Assembly: GCA_030141605.1 (NCBI GenBank)
Contig: JAQGDQ010000122.1
Coordinates: forward strand, 62,001-126,000
DNA length: 64,000 nt
DNA from: Tubiluchus corallicola
Taxonomy: Eukaryota; Animalia; Priapulida
Direction: 5' to 3'
The position numbers and the translations under genes were made by a program. This document shows, in pieces, positions 38,199 through 51,784 of this stretch. Below the pieces are notes generated by a model. That model was not told the origin of the DNA, did no database searches, and worked only from the letters and a program-made list of their open reading frames with translations. Every line of letters begins with the position of its first letter. Positions within the stretch are counted from its first letter, which is position 1.

Positions 38199-39655
38199 TT
38201 CAATAATGCAACCACTAAACAATGCAAACACATAAAACAGATATCCCTGGATGTGCATTACATAAATGAGCCTCATACTAGATCAGATCAATCAGATCAG
38301 TATAAATAAATGTGATTAATTAATTTTCTAAAAACAATCTTCTAATGCAATTAACAATACTTCATTAAAATCCAGTCTTTCAACAAAGTTGATATTAACT
38401 CTAAACCTATTTCATTTGTTAATCTGAAAGAAGCAGCAATAAGTATAATAACGATGATTGGTAAAATCGCCAACAGATGGCAGCAGTAACCAGTGTGAAC
38501 CAGAACAGGTTAGTGGGAGGCACGGGAGAACCCACAGCTTGCAAAACACTGTGAATTCTACCAGTGCCAAGCACCAAAGCTGCCAATTCTTCAGTGAGTT
38601 GATTCAGAACTGCTGATTGCTACGTTCATACCTTCCAAAATGCTCTAGTTGACGTAACACTGATTGTAGTCAGGTTTAATCATTACCCATGAGGAACTTA
38701 GCAACTAGGCCTACTTCATTAGATGATAACATCTTGCTGCTGCTATCAAACCATTTAACGCTTGTATAACCTAAATTTTGTCTGCAAAAAGGCAAAATAT
38801 TATTAATAAAATGCAGATAAAACAATGAATTCATTAATGAATCCTCTCACTATAATATCACAGTCTGAGAATTTGCTGATTTCATGTTTCAAATCTTGGG
38901 CCTTTAAAGAAAAACAGAAAAATTAATTTGTGTTCAAATGGAGTCTATTCTGATACAATGGTCTTCAGGCCTTCATTTTAATTTTATCAGATAATAATTT
39001 TAAGGACAATTCATTGGTGTTACTTATTTTTAAATATTGGTTTTTACATGCAGTTACCACCTATGCAAAAACAATAACTACAAACAATAAAGTACTTACT
39101 CTTGACTTACAGAGTTTAGTACGTATCTAACAAAACAGACTTATGCAAATAGTAAAACTTGAAATACTTTAAACTTAATAAATGTAATTCTGTTTGTCAC
39201 TAATTATACAAAAATGTCTTGTAATTAGCTCCTTTTACACAACAAATTAAATTTCTAATATTATACATTTTTCAATTTTTAAAGTTAGTAACGGTAATTC
39301 TAATCCTGCATAAAGCTTGGACTCTCTTGCAGCTTTTGCAAAAGTGCTTAGAACACAATTTTTATTAAGGGTAGTAACAAAATGTAAGAAAAACGAACTT
39401 CTACACCAAATAGAAAGCAAAACATCACACTGCACTGCACTCAGATCACACACAATGATTTATTTATTTTATTATGTAAAAAAGATTGCTCATTTCCACA
39501 TTCCCAATCATTTTATTACATATATCGCATATACAAAAAGATTATTTGCAAAATTGACAATACAGGTTTCAAAAAAACTATTGTCAGTCAATAAGTACCA
39601 AGCAAATTATTAGGAGCTATATTACAAACTGTAGTATGAACTATTCATTTATTGG

Positions 39656-40069
39656 TAGGGATGAGCATCTAATGTTCGAATCGAATTCAAACGTTTAAAT
39701 TCGATTCAAACGAATTTTTTTAATTCGAATTTGCTTCAAACCTAAAATTACAGATTCGAATAATTCAGCACTTCAGCCACATATGTTTTTTATCATTAAA
39801 GTGTTTGAAACGGCATGCAAATAGCACAATTTCGCTGCAGTGTCTGTGCAGAATTTTTAACAAACTAATAATGGTTTTACTGCAGAACAAAATCAAGTAA
39901 TATGCACGACCTTTGTAACACCACTTTTTACTAATGGTTCGAAAACTTGTTTGAAAATCTTTGAACTCAATTCTAATTAGAAATAGTGAAATTCGTTTCT
40001 ATTTGAATTTGAAAATCACAAATTTAATTCCATTTGAATTCGCATTCTGGCAAAGAATGCTCACCCTTA
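39656..40069. mobile_element. hAT-like MITE with TTCGAA-rich subterminal regions
   Basis: TIRs TAGGGATGAGCAT / ATGCTCACCCTTA (11/13); TSD decayed. Confidence 0.6.
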
Positions 40070-40575
40070 CTTATCAAAGAATATTGCTGAATATTCTTTG
40101 ATATTCAGCATATTCAGCAGAATATTCAGCATTAATAAGATATTATTACGACCATTAACGATAAATGAAAAACAAAAAAGCGACTAGTGAATTTTGACAT
40201 TGAATAATTAGTTGACAGTAAAATTCATGTTTCTAATAACATTCACCGTGCAAAGCTTATGTATTTCTGGCATATCCATTTTATGTATTACGGTGAACCT
40301 GCCACATATTGCATGTTAGAAATTCCATAGGGACAGCAGCATATCGCCATAATTCTTTACATCCATTACCTCTTTTCAATAAAACCGCTTTTCTTGAATT
40401 GTACTACGATCATCTAAAAACTAAAATGACTAACTCAATGTGCCCGTCAAAAACTTGCCCAGCTTTAAAAAAATTAGTAACAATTTGCCTCAGAGGCCTG
40501 GGCAGTGACGCCACAACAAAACCTGCATTTTGATCAGCAGTATCAAGCTGCTGAAGCGTCAGCTGCAGACGAACG

Positions 40576-40606
40576 GTTGCCATGGTAACCGGCCGTTGCC
40601 GGCAAT
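40576..40606. promoter_or_regulatory. RFX X-box-like motifs
   Basis: GTTGCCATGGTAAC (40576-40589) fits GTNRCC-N0-3-RGYAAC; GTTGCCGGCAAT follows at 40595-40606. Confidence 0.4.
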
Positions 40607-41588
40607 AACAAGCCGGTACGCACGATTATGCCATAAAGTGAAATTGTGCCATTCGGGTGAATTTTGAAATTTACTCCCATTGATTTTAATGTATTTGAAA
40701 TATTGCAGCATCGAGAAAAGTAGCTAGATGATAAAACAGGAGGAAATGCCACCAACAAATTAGCTTAGATTAAATAGCACTGGTAGCAAAACGATAATTG
40801 TTGCACTAATAAAGTTTTGAAAATTTTAGAGTAATTCGTACATTTTGTGACATACTATAAAAACAATTCGTTAAAACAGTTCTTCTTTTTAATAGCAAAC
40901 AATAAAAAAGGTTATTTTCATGACCTATTTGCTTAAAACACCACAGTTGCTTAAACTTTTTTTGTTATAAATAATGTATAAATTTGATCGGTATTGATAT
41001 TTAAAAAATAGTTAAGTTTCTACTTTTCTTTTTCCATTAAGCAGTAAACAAATTACTAGTAACTGTTCAGAGGCAGTAATTCCAGCGGTTACCCACCTAC
41101 TTACCAGTTACACTTGAGTGCTGCCTAACTGACAGTAACTATGGTGTAATAATGTTAAAATTATAGTAAACTCACTGAAAATTTGCACTGAGCTAGTCAG
41201 TTCCAAATTACAAAAGAAAGATACAAAGATGTTTTACCTTAAATTATTACGTAGAACCGATTATTTTTTAATTGTGCTATAAACAAACACAAAGAAATAT
41301 TTTTTGTTTGCACATTTGGTTATTGTTAAAAACTAAAGTACTTAGTTCTTAGAGAAGAAGCGCAAGAAACACGTTTCTCATAGCAACTGTGCATCACTAA
41401 TGTCTGTAGGTGACAAATTTGTCACCACCCACTACCCTTCACTGTAAACTCTTGCATGAATTTACAAAATGGAAGCCAGGAAATGTCAATTTAGCATGCT
41501 CACTTGCATTTCCCGATGACATATGTTCGTCAGGAGAATGTCAATAATAACATGAAGCTGGTCAAGAGACAAGTGTCCACTGTTAGAG

Positions 41589-41656
41589 TTAAGGGCTCTT
41601 CAGCAAAGTCTTATCATCTAGTACTTGTCGAAGACAATGAGCTGTCGAGGTCTCGT
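41589..41656 (-). CDS. Putative secreted Cys-rich protein, terminal exon 4: (D)ETSTAHCLRQVLDDKTLLKSP*
   Basis: TTCCGCTTGTTAG acceptor, phase 1 with exon 3; supplies the sixth mature cysteine; TAA at 41591-41589. Confidence 0.45.
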
Positions 41657-41779
41657 CTAACAAGCGGAATCATGATGAAGCATTAAAAATAATACTTTAT
41701 AATTTTGCTTACTATTTTGCACACTGTAAATTGAAATCCAGGGCTCGACAGACTCCACTGTGACCTTCTGTTTACTCAA

Positions 41780-41975
41780 TGAATGGTTGTGGCAGGACCG
41801 AAACCTGCTTTATCGTCAAGGCCAATCTTCTAAGATGAGACACTGAACCAGCCGATGTGTCCAGGCCATGTTAAGATGCCGATCACAACTATACTCATTG
41901 GATGGCTGTGGCAAGACCAAAACCTGCTTTATTATCAAGGCTTCGAAAACAAAACACTTAACCAGCTGATGTGAA
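41780..41975. repeat. Diverged ~120-bp duplication belonging to a dispersed family
   Basis: ATGG.TGTGGCA.GACC.AAACCTGCTTTAT..TCAAGG occurs twice; a similar ACTGAACCAGC motif lies near 21412. Confidence 0.65.
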
Positions 41976-44417
41976 AACATTCTTCATCAGCAAGCCAGAA
42001 CCAGTAAGACGAATGAAACCACCCAGAATAAATATTGAATCTGACAGGCACCCATTCATTCATCGGCCAGCTTTGATAATACTTAACATAAGTAACGAAA
42101 AACACACTATCACACACATTCAGCTATTCATCTCACTTAAGTATAAATTATTAAGAATAACTACTACACATACAACAAACATAAACTACTACACATACAA
42201 GATACAAGTCTGTAAGAAGTTACGCATACGTAACGGAAAAGACGTGCCTTACGTTAAACAGCAGTGTCATGTCTCACTAGTGGCTCCACCTGTTCACAAT
42301 CCGCAATTTCCAAACATCGCTTTAATTCATTTGGTGCCTAGACGAAAACATAAATGAGCAAATTTTATCACTAGAGTCATTACTGCCACAACTAAAACGC
42401 AAGGCTTTAGAAAAAAATCAATCTGTTCTTAAAACTTATATTACTATTCAATTTACCTATTTATTTACTGAATTGTTCATAAACTGAGCTTTTTTCTACC
42501 CAAATATCACTGAACTGAACAGGAGAACGTCGTTCATCATTGCTGAAAAGTTACAGTACCTCTGTGATGTAACAGTTAGCAGAAGGTCTTCGATTCAAGC
42601 CCCCCCCCCCCCCGGGTAGACATGTCAAATCTAATTTAGTATTGCTTGCGTGTGTTTATTTCATTTCGCAATAAATCAACCAATTTTCCTTTCACATTTC
42701 ACACTAGAAAAACAAAATGTTCTCTTAATTGTGCAAGAACATTCTTAGACAGATCATCACATTGGTTGCCATCAGAACCTCTTTGTGAAATGAAGTTCTA
42801 GCCGTACCACGTGTTAGCTGAATGCAGGAAAACTGCGTCTATGGCAGCTGGTAAGATTGAGTTTTTATTGTTATTACTTCCACTGACTCACATAATCTTG
42901 ACCAGGGTTTTTGCCTGACTGAGTCATTCTCGCATCCAGCTTGAAAACGTTGTTACGTAACAGCTTCGCTGGCAAAATGCTGTACACAACGTTCAGCCAG
43001 TTGGCGTGTTCTGTTATTTTCACTTTTTCGATGGCGAAGTAACTCTATAAAGAGGTTTATTGCACGGTGATGCTGGCCTTGTGATCTCGTTGTTTTCCGA
43101 GCTGTAAGTTTACAGCTAGTTTTCATATCGTGATGTCACAATAGTCATAATGTATTCCAAGTTTACTCTCTTTTCAGAATAATGTAACTCTATTGTGACA
43201 TCACAATATAAAAACTGGCTATAAGCTTATTACAGTTCATACAAGCAATATTGTGATGAAAGTAATAAACTAGAGCCTGAAATTTTTTTTCTCTACTGGG
43301 ATTCGAACACAAGAACTTCTGTTTTCAAAGCAGCTATGCTTATCATTACACCATAGAGTTACTCTAACATTCAGACTCAAAAATTGATACTACACGTGTA
43401 TAAGCCATTAGAGGTCCATCAACACGAGGTAGTATTTTGACAACCTAAAGATAGCCATTTTGTATACGAGCTTTAATATAGGTCTCAATAACCGTCTCAC
43501 AGACTCATTTATCTTTTACATTTTATTGAAGTATGTACAAAAGTGTTATTAATCCAATTAGACACTGGTTTTCTACAGTTGGTCGACAAGACACTGCTGT
43601 AAATGTTTGTAAATGCACAAATAAATAATGTTGCAAGTGTCAGTATGAAACTTTAGGATATTATTAACTGAATGAATAGGATGTGATTAATATTAATGTT
43701 TTTAATTCTTTCATCAAATATTTACACATTTTTACATATTCTGTAACATTCTTATTCTCTGGTGTTATTCATTGAACAGAGATGAATGATTGATACCCAC
43801 ATTTACATCATATTTGTAATAAGGCATACTAAATTTAAACGATATTAGTTTGAACAAAATTAAATGAACAAATAAATTTGAACTGAATAGAATGTTTAAA
43901 GATCAACACTTGTTTCTTAACTTTCACCTAAGCTGACAAGCGAAAGGAAAGTCCATAAACAAACTGAGAAAGCGAGAAAACAACAACTGTAACATTATGC
44001 AAAAATATTAAGAGGATGGAAAAAGCTAACGTTCAGAGCAGGATAAAAGCCTCAAGAGGCCATAAGCACTGAAAAGAGTGTGGTGCCCTCGTATATGTGT
44101 GATTCAGAGTAAAAACAATTCTAAACTGTAAACGAAAATTTATCCTTCGAAACGAAATAACTTGCGCTAAGATTTATTTACAGTAATGCTAGGGCAATTA
44201 AAAGCAACATTACCCTATTCTCAATATCACCACAATTTCATAAGCATTATCTCAATTGAAATATATTATGAAACGCCCTTTACTTCTGACTAATTATTCG
44301 ATTTGAAAAAACTGTCTGGGGGACCCTCCTTCCGGGTGCTCTAAAGCACGCGTTTATTTTACCTTAAAAGCGCCAGATTAAATTCCCATTAATAAACAGC
44401 ATACAATACTGACATAC

Positions 44418-44607
44418 CTTTTGAAAATGCAACACACATTTCTGATGCCAATGTTTTCTTCTGGACTAAGGTCCAATGTGACGTCTTTAAAATGTCTCCA
44501 CACCTTTGTGTCTTTGTCCCTGGAAATGACGAAGTGCAAAGCACACCAGCCCTGTTCGTCAGCAACCTACGAATGAAACGAACCACCGATGGAAACGTGG
44601 CTGGTGT
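44418..44607 (-). CDS. Putative secreted Cys-rich protein, exon 3: TPATFPSVVRFIRRLLTNRAGVLCTSSFPGTKTQRCGDILKTSHWTLVQKKTLASEMCVAFSK
   Basis: AAG|GTATGT donor; CCTTAG acceptor (weak pyrimidine tract). An alternative acceptor at 44567-44568 would use a different open frame. Confidence 0.5.
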
Positions 44608-47344
44608 CTAAGGCATATTGATTCTACTCACAATACTTGATACAGGTGACCATGGCAAGTTGACATGACACCAGCAGTAACCAGGACAATTATTGTCTAA
44701 TTCGTGAAACACACTAGTGGCGATATTGACATATGCCATGTTGAATTACAGGCACGCCTCGTGATAGGGTTATTTCGTATATATCTAACTACTGTATTAC
44801 GATACTGATGACCGTGCAAGTTTCTTTCAACCTTCCAGAGCACAATAGAGGAGATCTTTTCCATTGTATTACATTGTGAATCCCCCAATCCTTAAACATG
44901 AATGTTATGAAGTTTTTTAAACCGATTTTTATAAAAAAAACTCAAAACTATAATCAAGTTGCCAAAACTGAATTTTATCCAAAACGTTCATCATATACCA
45001 CTAGTTAAAAAGTTAAAATATATAGTTTTTGAATGGTCTTGGCAATTCCTCGTCTTATCCCATGCAAAGGGCTACGAAGTTCAAACCTAAAAAGTTCAAA
45101 GTTGGTACCTACAGTCTAACGCAACGAAATTCCTTTATCAATCTAAAAAACGTCGAAAAAACTCAACATTACATGACGTATAATTAAGTGTAATTGCAAA
45201 AAAATTCCTTACAGACCAGAACAAAATCAAGAGCACAAATTTCTAAATGTATTCCTTTTACGAAGCCGTATTGAAAGTAGAAGAAAAGGAATACGAATAC
45301 CTGTTGACAATAAAGCGTAAATTAAAACGTCTTCATGACAAATCACAATGAAAATAGAAATCAATGTACAAATAGTTTCAATAGTTTGATTTCATAATTC
45401 ACCTCACCTAACCAGATCGTATATACAGTAGTGCATACGATAAACGTGACTATTTCCAGCAATAGCCAGCATACAGTATAATCAGGGGAAATGCATTATG
45501 TTTAGAAAAATGCACCTGTCACCAAGCGAACGATGCTGTAGCATTATCCTTACAGCCTCAGCAACAAGCAACCTGTAGATAACTGTGCAGCGCACCTGCT
45601 CATCCCTGGCAATTATAGTAAGCTAGAAATTAAAATTGCAAAATAACTTAATAACGAATTAGTCATGTTAAAAATACTATAAATAAAGGCCATAAATCCA
45701 TAATTTCTTAAAAAATCGCAACATTTTAGTACCTTTTTCAGAATTTATTTTTTTGTACATTTAAGCTGAGAAAAATGATGAAGTGTCACAGGTCCTAAAA
45801 TAACAGCCATCATTTGAACCGCATTTCCTACTTGATCCGTGATTCTAGGTTTCTAACTTAAGCGCACGGTTAACCCACGGTTTAGCACTACTGTAGCACT
45901 ACTATCTTTGCGTTTATTACTCCTATTTCAGTACGGCAATGAAGTTTCAGTCTAGACACAGATATAAATACGAAGGTCAATCCTTTATATTTTCACACGT
46001 TAACAACGAAAAAAACCAACCGAAGTCTGCTGCACATTTTTAAAACACCTTGTATGCAAATATGGGAGACCTTTGATTCTGAGGAATATTTGTCATAAGG
46101 ATTTTAAAGGATAATGCAGCATGTTATCTACGATATCATATGGGACAGTTAAATCAGCTTTGAAGAATAACGCAAATTTAATTCTTAATGGCATTAATAG
46201 TGAATTAGTGATAATAATTAATAAAAAAATCACATAATTAAAACAAGAACAAGCATGACGTTTCATGCCTCCACAGCGGTTCATCATCAGAAGAAATGGG
46301 AAGAAATCAAAATTATAAGAATTTTTTATTTCCTTTTTGTTTATATATATATATATATATATAATTTACACAACGTAAACATACCAACATAAAAATACAA
46401 CATATAGGGCACAGCAAATAAAAACACAAAGAAAACCACAGAAACAGAAAAGAGAATCACCGACATGCAGGAAACAAGGAGTTTGGAAACACAAAAGCTT
46501 TAGATAAATGCAATACAATAATAATTTGTTGAAATTATAAAAAATAAACACCGAGGTTAATACTGAACACAAGATTAAATCTTAGGCAATGGCACAATCA
46601 AAACGAAATGTAGACTAGAACATAGATAATGCAAGTTGTAGAGCTTTCAAATTTAATTAATTAAGCATAGATTTTACAAGTGACTTCATTGTGCATTTAT
46701 CTGCAGTGCATAAGTACACCACTTAAGTCTTATTTACTATTAATATGTCCACCTAACGTCAGTAGACACAGGTTTCATTTGATAGCCACACCATTACGTT
46801 CACGTCACATGACGTGCTGATAATTACGGGCTTTTCAGGCCGTATATAGCTCTAATCATTGAGCAGATCTTAGCAAGTGACTAGCCTAATTACCAACAAC
46901 TGCATAAGCCAAATTGGAAAATGCAGTGAACGATAACGTACAGCCTGTTCGGTGTTCACTAAGGTTAAAGATTAGTAATTGCTCAGTCAGAAGTGTTTTT
47001 AACGACAGGTGGCGTCACGGGTCAAACATGGCTACCAAAGTAACGATTTCCGAGGAAAATACTTCCGTAATATTGCTTGTTAGAAGAAATAAGTTTCGTT
47101 TTCTGTATACTGATATGAATGGGAAGTCTTACTAAAGGTTCCTGCGATGTACCAAAACTGATGATATCACATATTTACCTTGCCATAACATTCTTTTAGG
47201 TCTTCTCATCTTAACAGATGTGGTTTTATAATTTACGTAATTAATGTATCGACTCGGTTTTAGGAAACTAGATTGATTACCTACAATCTTAATATCAAGA
47301 CTATTTTAATGATTTTACAAATCCGTAGAACTGAAACTGGGTAG

Positions 47345-47510
47345 TCAGATATAAGAGATGAACTCTGGACTGTCACGACCAATATGGGAACATGACAGTC
47401 TAATGGCTATGCAGTCTGCCATTTAAGCAGAAAGTCGCTGGTTCAAATCTGAGTCATGTTCCAATTTCTTCTTTTAAAAATTTAATCATTGCGGGGGTTT
47501 GTACCAACAC
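47345..47510 (+). mobile_element. tRNA-derived repeat family A copy (diverged)
   Basis: CAGATATAAG..AACT.TGGACTGTCA leader and GGTTCAAATC B-box, as in 4223-4430. Confidence 0.6.
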
Positions 47511-48219
47511 TTAGCCAACAACAATTTAACTACAGAAAGGAAGCAAACAAAGATATTCGCAAGCAAATCTTTGCACTAAGAAAGTGAATTATCATTAAAC
47601 TTAGGTCATGAGTTATAAGATTAGATCATAGATATGAAATCTACCCAGTGGTAAAGCGTTAACTAATTACATAACAAAGAGCTACGAAATATTATCACCC
47701 AGACTTGGTATCCACAAGATTTATCAGTAATGAGTGCCAATACAGGTAGCAAAATGCCAAATTGCCAACTGACATCACAGTTCGCCAAAATACAGTGTGT
47801 AAGCGTGTAACATAACCTCTTTTGGGTTTTGCTAAGGGGGACAAAAACAACAAGTGATTGCACACAGCAATTTATTACATGAATGTATAGCTGAACTAAT
47901 AGAATATCTATCCTGCCCTCAGTATTTAGTGTAGTGGGTGGGTCTCGCACAGCCTGCAAACTTGAAGGATATGATTTTGAAACTCGAAGAGATCATAGTC
48001 AAATTTAAGATTCTCCAACACATCTTGCAGATGTCTCACAAACTTTAAATTAGAACAGGGATCTTTGAAATATATGTAGGATCATTTTTAACATCCACTT
48101 TGTCCTTCAGGATAGCTCCAATATGTGTTGGTCGGGTTGTGATCAAGTGAATTTCGAAGCCATTCAGTTTGATAAGCTGCAATAACTACCCTCGTGGTTG
48201 CAGGTTTTGCAGGACTCAC

Positions 48220-48318
48220 CAGGCTTCTACACGAAATACTGAGGGCATTACAGATCGATTCAGCAACACTTTGATGTAGCAATTTGTTCCGACCTATTAC
48301 TCGTTGTTTTTGCACACC
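48220..48318 (-). CDS. Putative secreted Cys-rich protein, exon 2: GVQKQRVIGRNKLLHQSVAESICNALSISCRSL
   Basis: CTTAATCTTTTGCTGGGTTTAG acceptor, CTG|GTGAGT donor, 99 nt, open, phase 0/0. Confidence 0.6.
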
Positions 48319-49109
48319 CTAAACCCAGCAAAAGATTAAGGTACACCAGGCAGTGTAACAAGACATTATGAGTTATAATAAACCTACGATCTATCTAAAA
48401 TAAAATAATTATATTTCAAATGTACGCTGATATACGCATTCGTGTGTTCTACTTGACAAATCAAATTTATTTTCAATATACCGCAATTCGATCCAATCAT
48501 CCTGTCTCTAACAAAAACGTAGTCTTATTTAGAACGTGAAACCGTCTCTGGTACATATTTGCAAAAAATCTTTGCACGAATCAGGACGAAGCGTTACAGA
48601 GTTCAGTGGCATGAGCAAACTAAATTTATAGCAACCTCGGCCATATAGTTATAAAATTATGGATACATATTTCCAAGACATCAAATTTATGTTTTCGTAA
48701 TTCGTTTGAGAAATTCAAGCAAAATTAAAAAAAACTTTTTTTGCTTAACATTTGATGCATAGCAGTGCTTTTTTGCCCAGCTGAAGTAATAACAGTAATA
48801 ATTCTACCGAAGACTTCATTACAGGTATAGCAGCTCATTTCAATTACAGGGTGTGTCAAAAGAAACAGTGCAATAAGAAATATGACGAAATAATCATGGA
48901 CTCATGTATTATTAAATCACAATGACGCACACAATATTAGCCAATATTCCTACCATAAATTTGGCACGATCATGCATATATAGATTTTGTAAATTGAATG
49001 TACGGTGTGATATATGTATGCTTATAGCACTTGTTAGCGTTCCGTTTGAATCTTTTTGAATACCGTTTATGTAACACGTCCATATGCAAAGCATACTAAG
49101 CATGAAAAC

Positions 49110-49330
49110 AACCTAGACTTCTCAACAACAGAACCTAGACTTCTTAACAACAGAACCTAGACTTCTTAACAACAGAACCTAGACTTCTTAACAACAGAAC
49201 CTAGACTTCTCAACAACAGAACCTAGACTTCTTAACAGCAGAACCTAGACTTCTCAACAACAGACCCTAGACTTCTTAAAAATAAAGCCTAGACTTCCTT
49301 ACAATAGAACATAGACTTCTTGACAATAGA
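49110..49330. repeat. 22-bp minisatellite (AACCTAGACTTCTYAACAACAG) x about 10
   Basis: Directly visible, decaying towards the 3' end. Confidence 0.95.
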
Positions 49331-49621
49331 ATTTTAAGCTCAACAGTGCACGCTCATATGTCGAAAAATTAGCGAGGTTCTCCCTGTGTTTTGTCACATG
49401 ATCAGCTTCGCAATAAAAGGGAAGCCTGAGTATGTCTACGTAAAATCATAATCTATCATAGTAATTACGTAAGTAGACAAGCAACTAAGTAAGTAAGAGA
49501 ATAAGTAAGGAAGGAAGGAAATAAGTAAGCAAGAAAGCAAATAAGTAGATAAGTAATTACGTAAGCAAGCAATACTTCTGGTGCTCCCTCGTTATTCGTA
49601 TACACTACTGCCACTGCTCTG

Positions 49622-50688
49622 TTTGTTCACACTCGTTCTGCACTTTTTTGTTCACACTCGCTTCTGCACTTTTTTGTTCACACTCGCTCCTGCACTTTTT
49701 TGTTCACACTCGCTTCTGCACTTTTTTGTTCACACTCGCTTCTGCACTTTTTTGTTCACACTCGCTCCTGCACTTTTTTGTTCTCACACGCTTCTGCACT
49801 TTTTTGTTCACACTCGCTTCTGCACTTTTTTGTTCACACTCGCTTCTGCACTTTTTTGTTCTCACACGCTTCTGCACTTTTTTGTTCACACTCGCTTCTG
49901 CACTTTTTTGTTCTCACTCGCTTCTGCACTTTTTTGTTCACACTCGCTTCTGCACTTTTTTGTTCACACTCGCTTCTGCACTTTTTTGTTCACACTCTCT
50001 TCTGCACTTTTTTGTTCACACTCTCTTCTGCACTTTTTTGTTCACACTCGCTTCTGCACTTTTTTGTTCACACACGCTTCTGCACTTGTTTGTTCACACA
50101 CGCTTCTGCACTATCTTGTTCACACTCGCTTCTGCACTTTTTTGTTCACACTCGCTCCTGCACTTGTTTGTTCACACTCGCTCCTGCACTTTTTTGTTCA
50201 TACTCTCTTCTGCACTTTTTTGTTCACACTCTCTTCTGCACGTTTTTGTTCACACTCGCTTCTGCACTTTTTTGTTCATACTCTCTTCTGCACGTTTTTG
50301 TTCACACTCGCTTCTGCACTTTTTTGTTCTCACACGCTTCTGCACTTTTTTGTTCTCACACGCTTCTGCACTTTTTTGTTCACACTCTCTTCTGCACTTT
50401 TTTGTTCACACTCTCTTCTGCACTTTTTTGTTCATACTCTCTTCTGCACTTTTTTGTTCACACTCTCTTCTGCACTTTTTTGTTCACACTCTCTTCTGCA
50501 CTTTTTTGTTCATACTCTCTTCTGCACTTTTTTGTTCATACTCTCTTCTGCACTTTTTTGTTCACACTCGCTTCTGCACTTTTTTGTTCACACTCGCTTC
50601 TGCACTTTTTTGTTCACACTCTCTTCTGCACTTTTTTGTTCACACACGCTTCTGCACTTTTTTGTTCACACTCGCTTCTGCACTTTTT
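49622..50688. repeat. 26-bp minisatellite (TTTTTTGTTCACACTCGCTTCTGCAC) x about 41
   Basis: Directly visible; it produces spurious ORFs in all three plus frames. Confidence 0.98.
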
Positions 50689-51784
50689 CTTCATTTCTAC
50701 CATATCTGGTGCTGCCCTCATCGTTCATGCTCACCCCTGGTGTCACCCTGACTGCACACACCCACACGGCCACTCCTGGCCCGCGTCATCCACATCCACT
50801 TCTGACGTCTACCCTAATCGTGCATACACAATGCTAACGTTGCCCTGATTGTTACACCCCCGCCTGGAGCTAACCTAACTGCTTACACCTGGACCTCCCC
50901 GTGCTGCCCTTCATTACACTTTACTGTAGAATAACATGCAGGTACAGTGGCTGAAAAATCCATTCTGTTAATGAGCCTAAATGGACTTTATTACGATTTG
51001 CGAAGTGATGCAATAATGCGTCTGAATCAATCTAAATTCCACGGAACAGCTGCAGGGAACACGAGGTATTAAAACAGCGTTGTTAATTAAAAAGACAAAT
51101 TAGGTAATTGCTATCATCATGATTCAGTAAGATGTAGTTTATGACATTAAAGCATGCTAAGTAGACTTAGATTAAATAATGCATCCACCAGGCCAAAAGT
51201 AATGAGCTTTTTATTACGTTTCGAATAGTTAATTTAGAAACTTATTCTCATTAGGTTTAGCTGGAAAAAACTTGGAAATTTGAAATACAGTATAACTTGT
51301 TGTAAGTGATATTTCTAACCCTATTTCAATTGGTCTGAGAGTTTATGGCATTAATAGTCAGTGAAGTAATTCAGTAACCTACATTGATCTATGAAATAAG
51401 TGTTGTTTGTTATTAAAAGATTATACTAATAATTATAACTGTGGAAATTAGAGATACTTTAAGAGTCGGAAGCAGTTGTGACAGTTCAGCAAAATGTGCT
51501 GCAGTGCCCTATACAAAGTTTCTTAGTTCTTCGTATAGGCGTCCCTGCCCTTTATACTATTATATTCACACATACTCATAGTATGGTGTTTTTTATATAA
51601 ATCGTCTCAAACACCACAGACTACTCAAGGTAATTAGCTACAGTAATTACGAATCTATGTTTACAGATTCGTATAATTGTATGAACGCTGAATTATGAAA
51701 TATTATACATATTTCAGTATAATATTTCATATAATTCAGCGTTCGTACAATTAAGTTACTAGTAATAGAATGTACGTGTTCATG

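Noticed and set aside
44530-44566. Ankyrin-like motif ADEQGWCALHF
   Set aside because: A single short match in the alternative frame, without the rest of an ankyrin repeat.
48845-48880. Tc1/mariner-like end TACAGGGTGT (similar ends near 29985 and 32865)
   Set aside because: No matching partner TIR or transposase remnant identified.
49581-50848. Three ORFs of 367-418 aa
   Set aside because: They are translations of a stop-free 26-bp satellite in all three frames.
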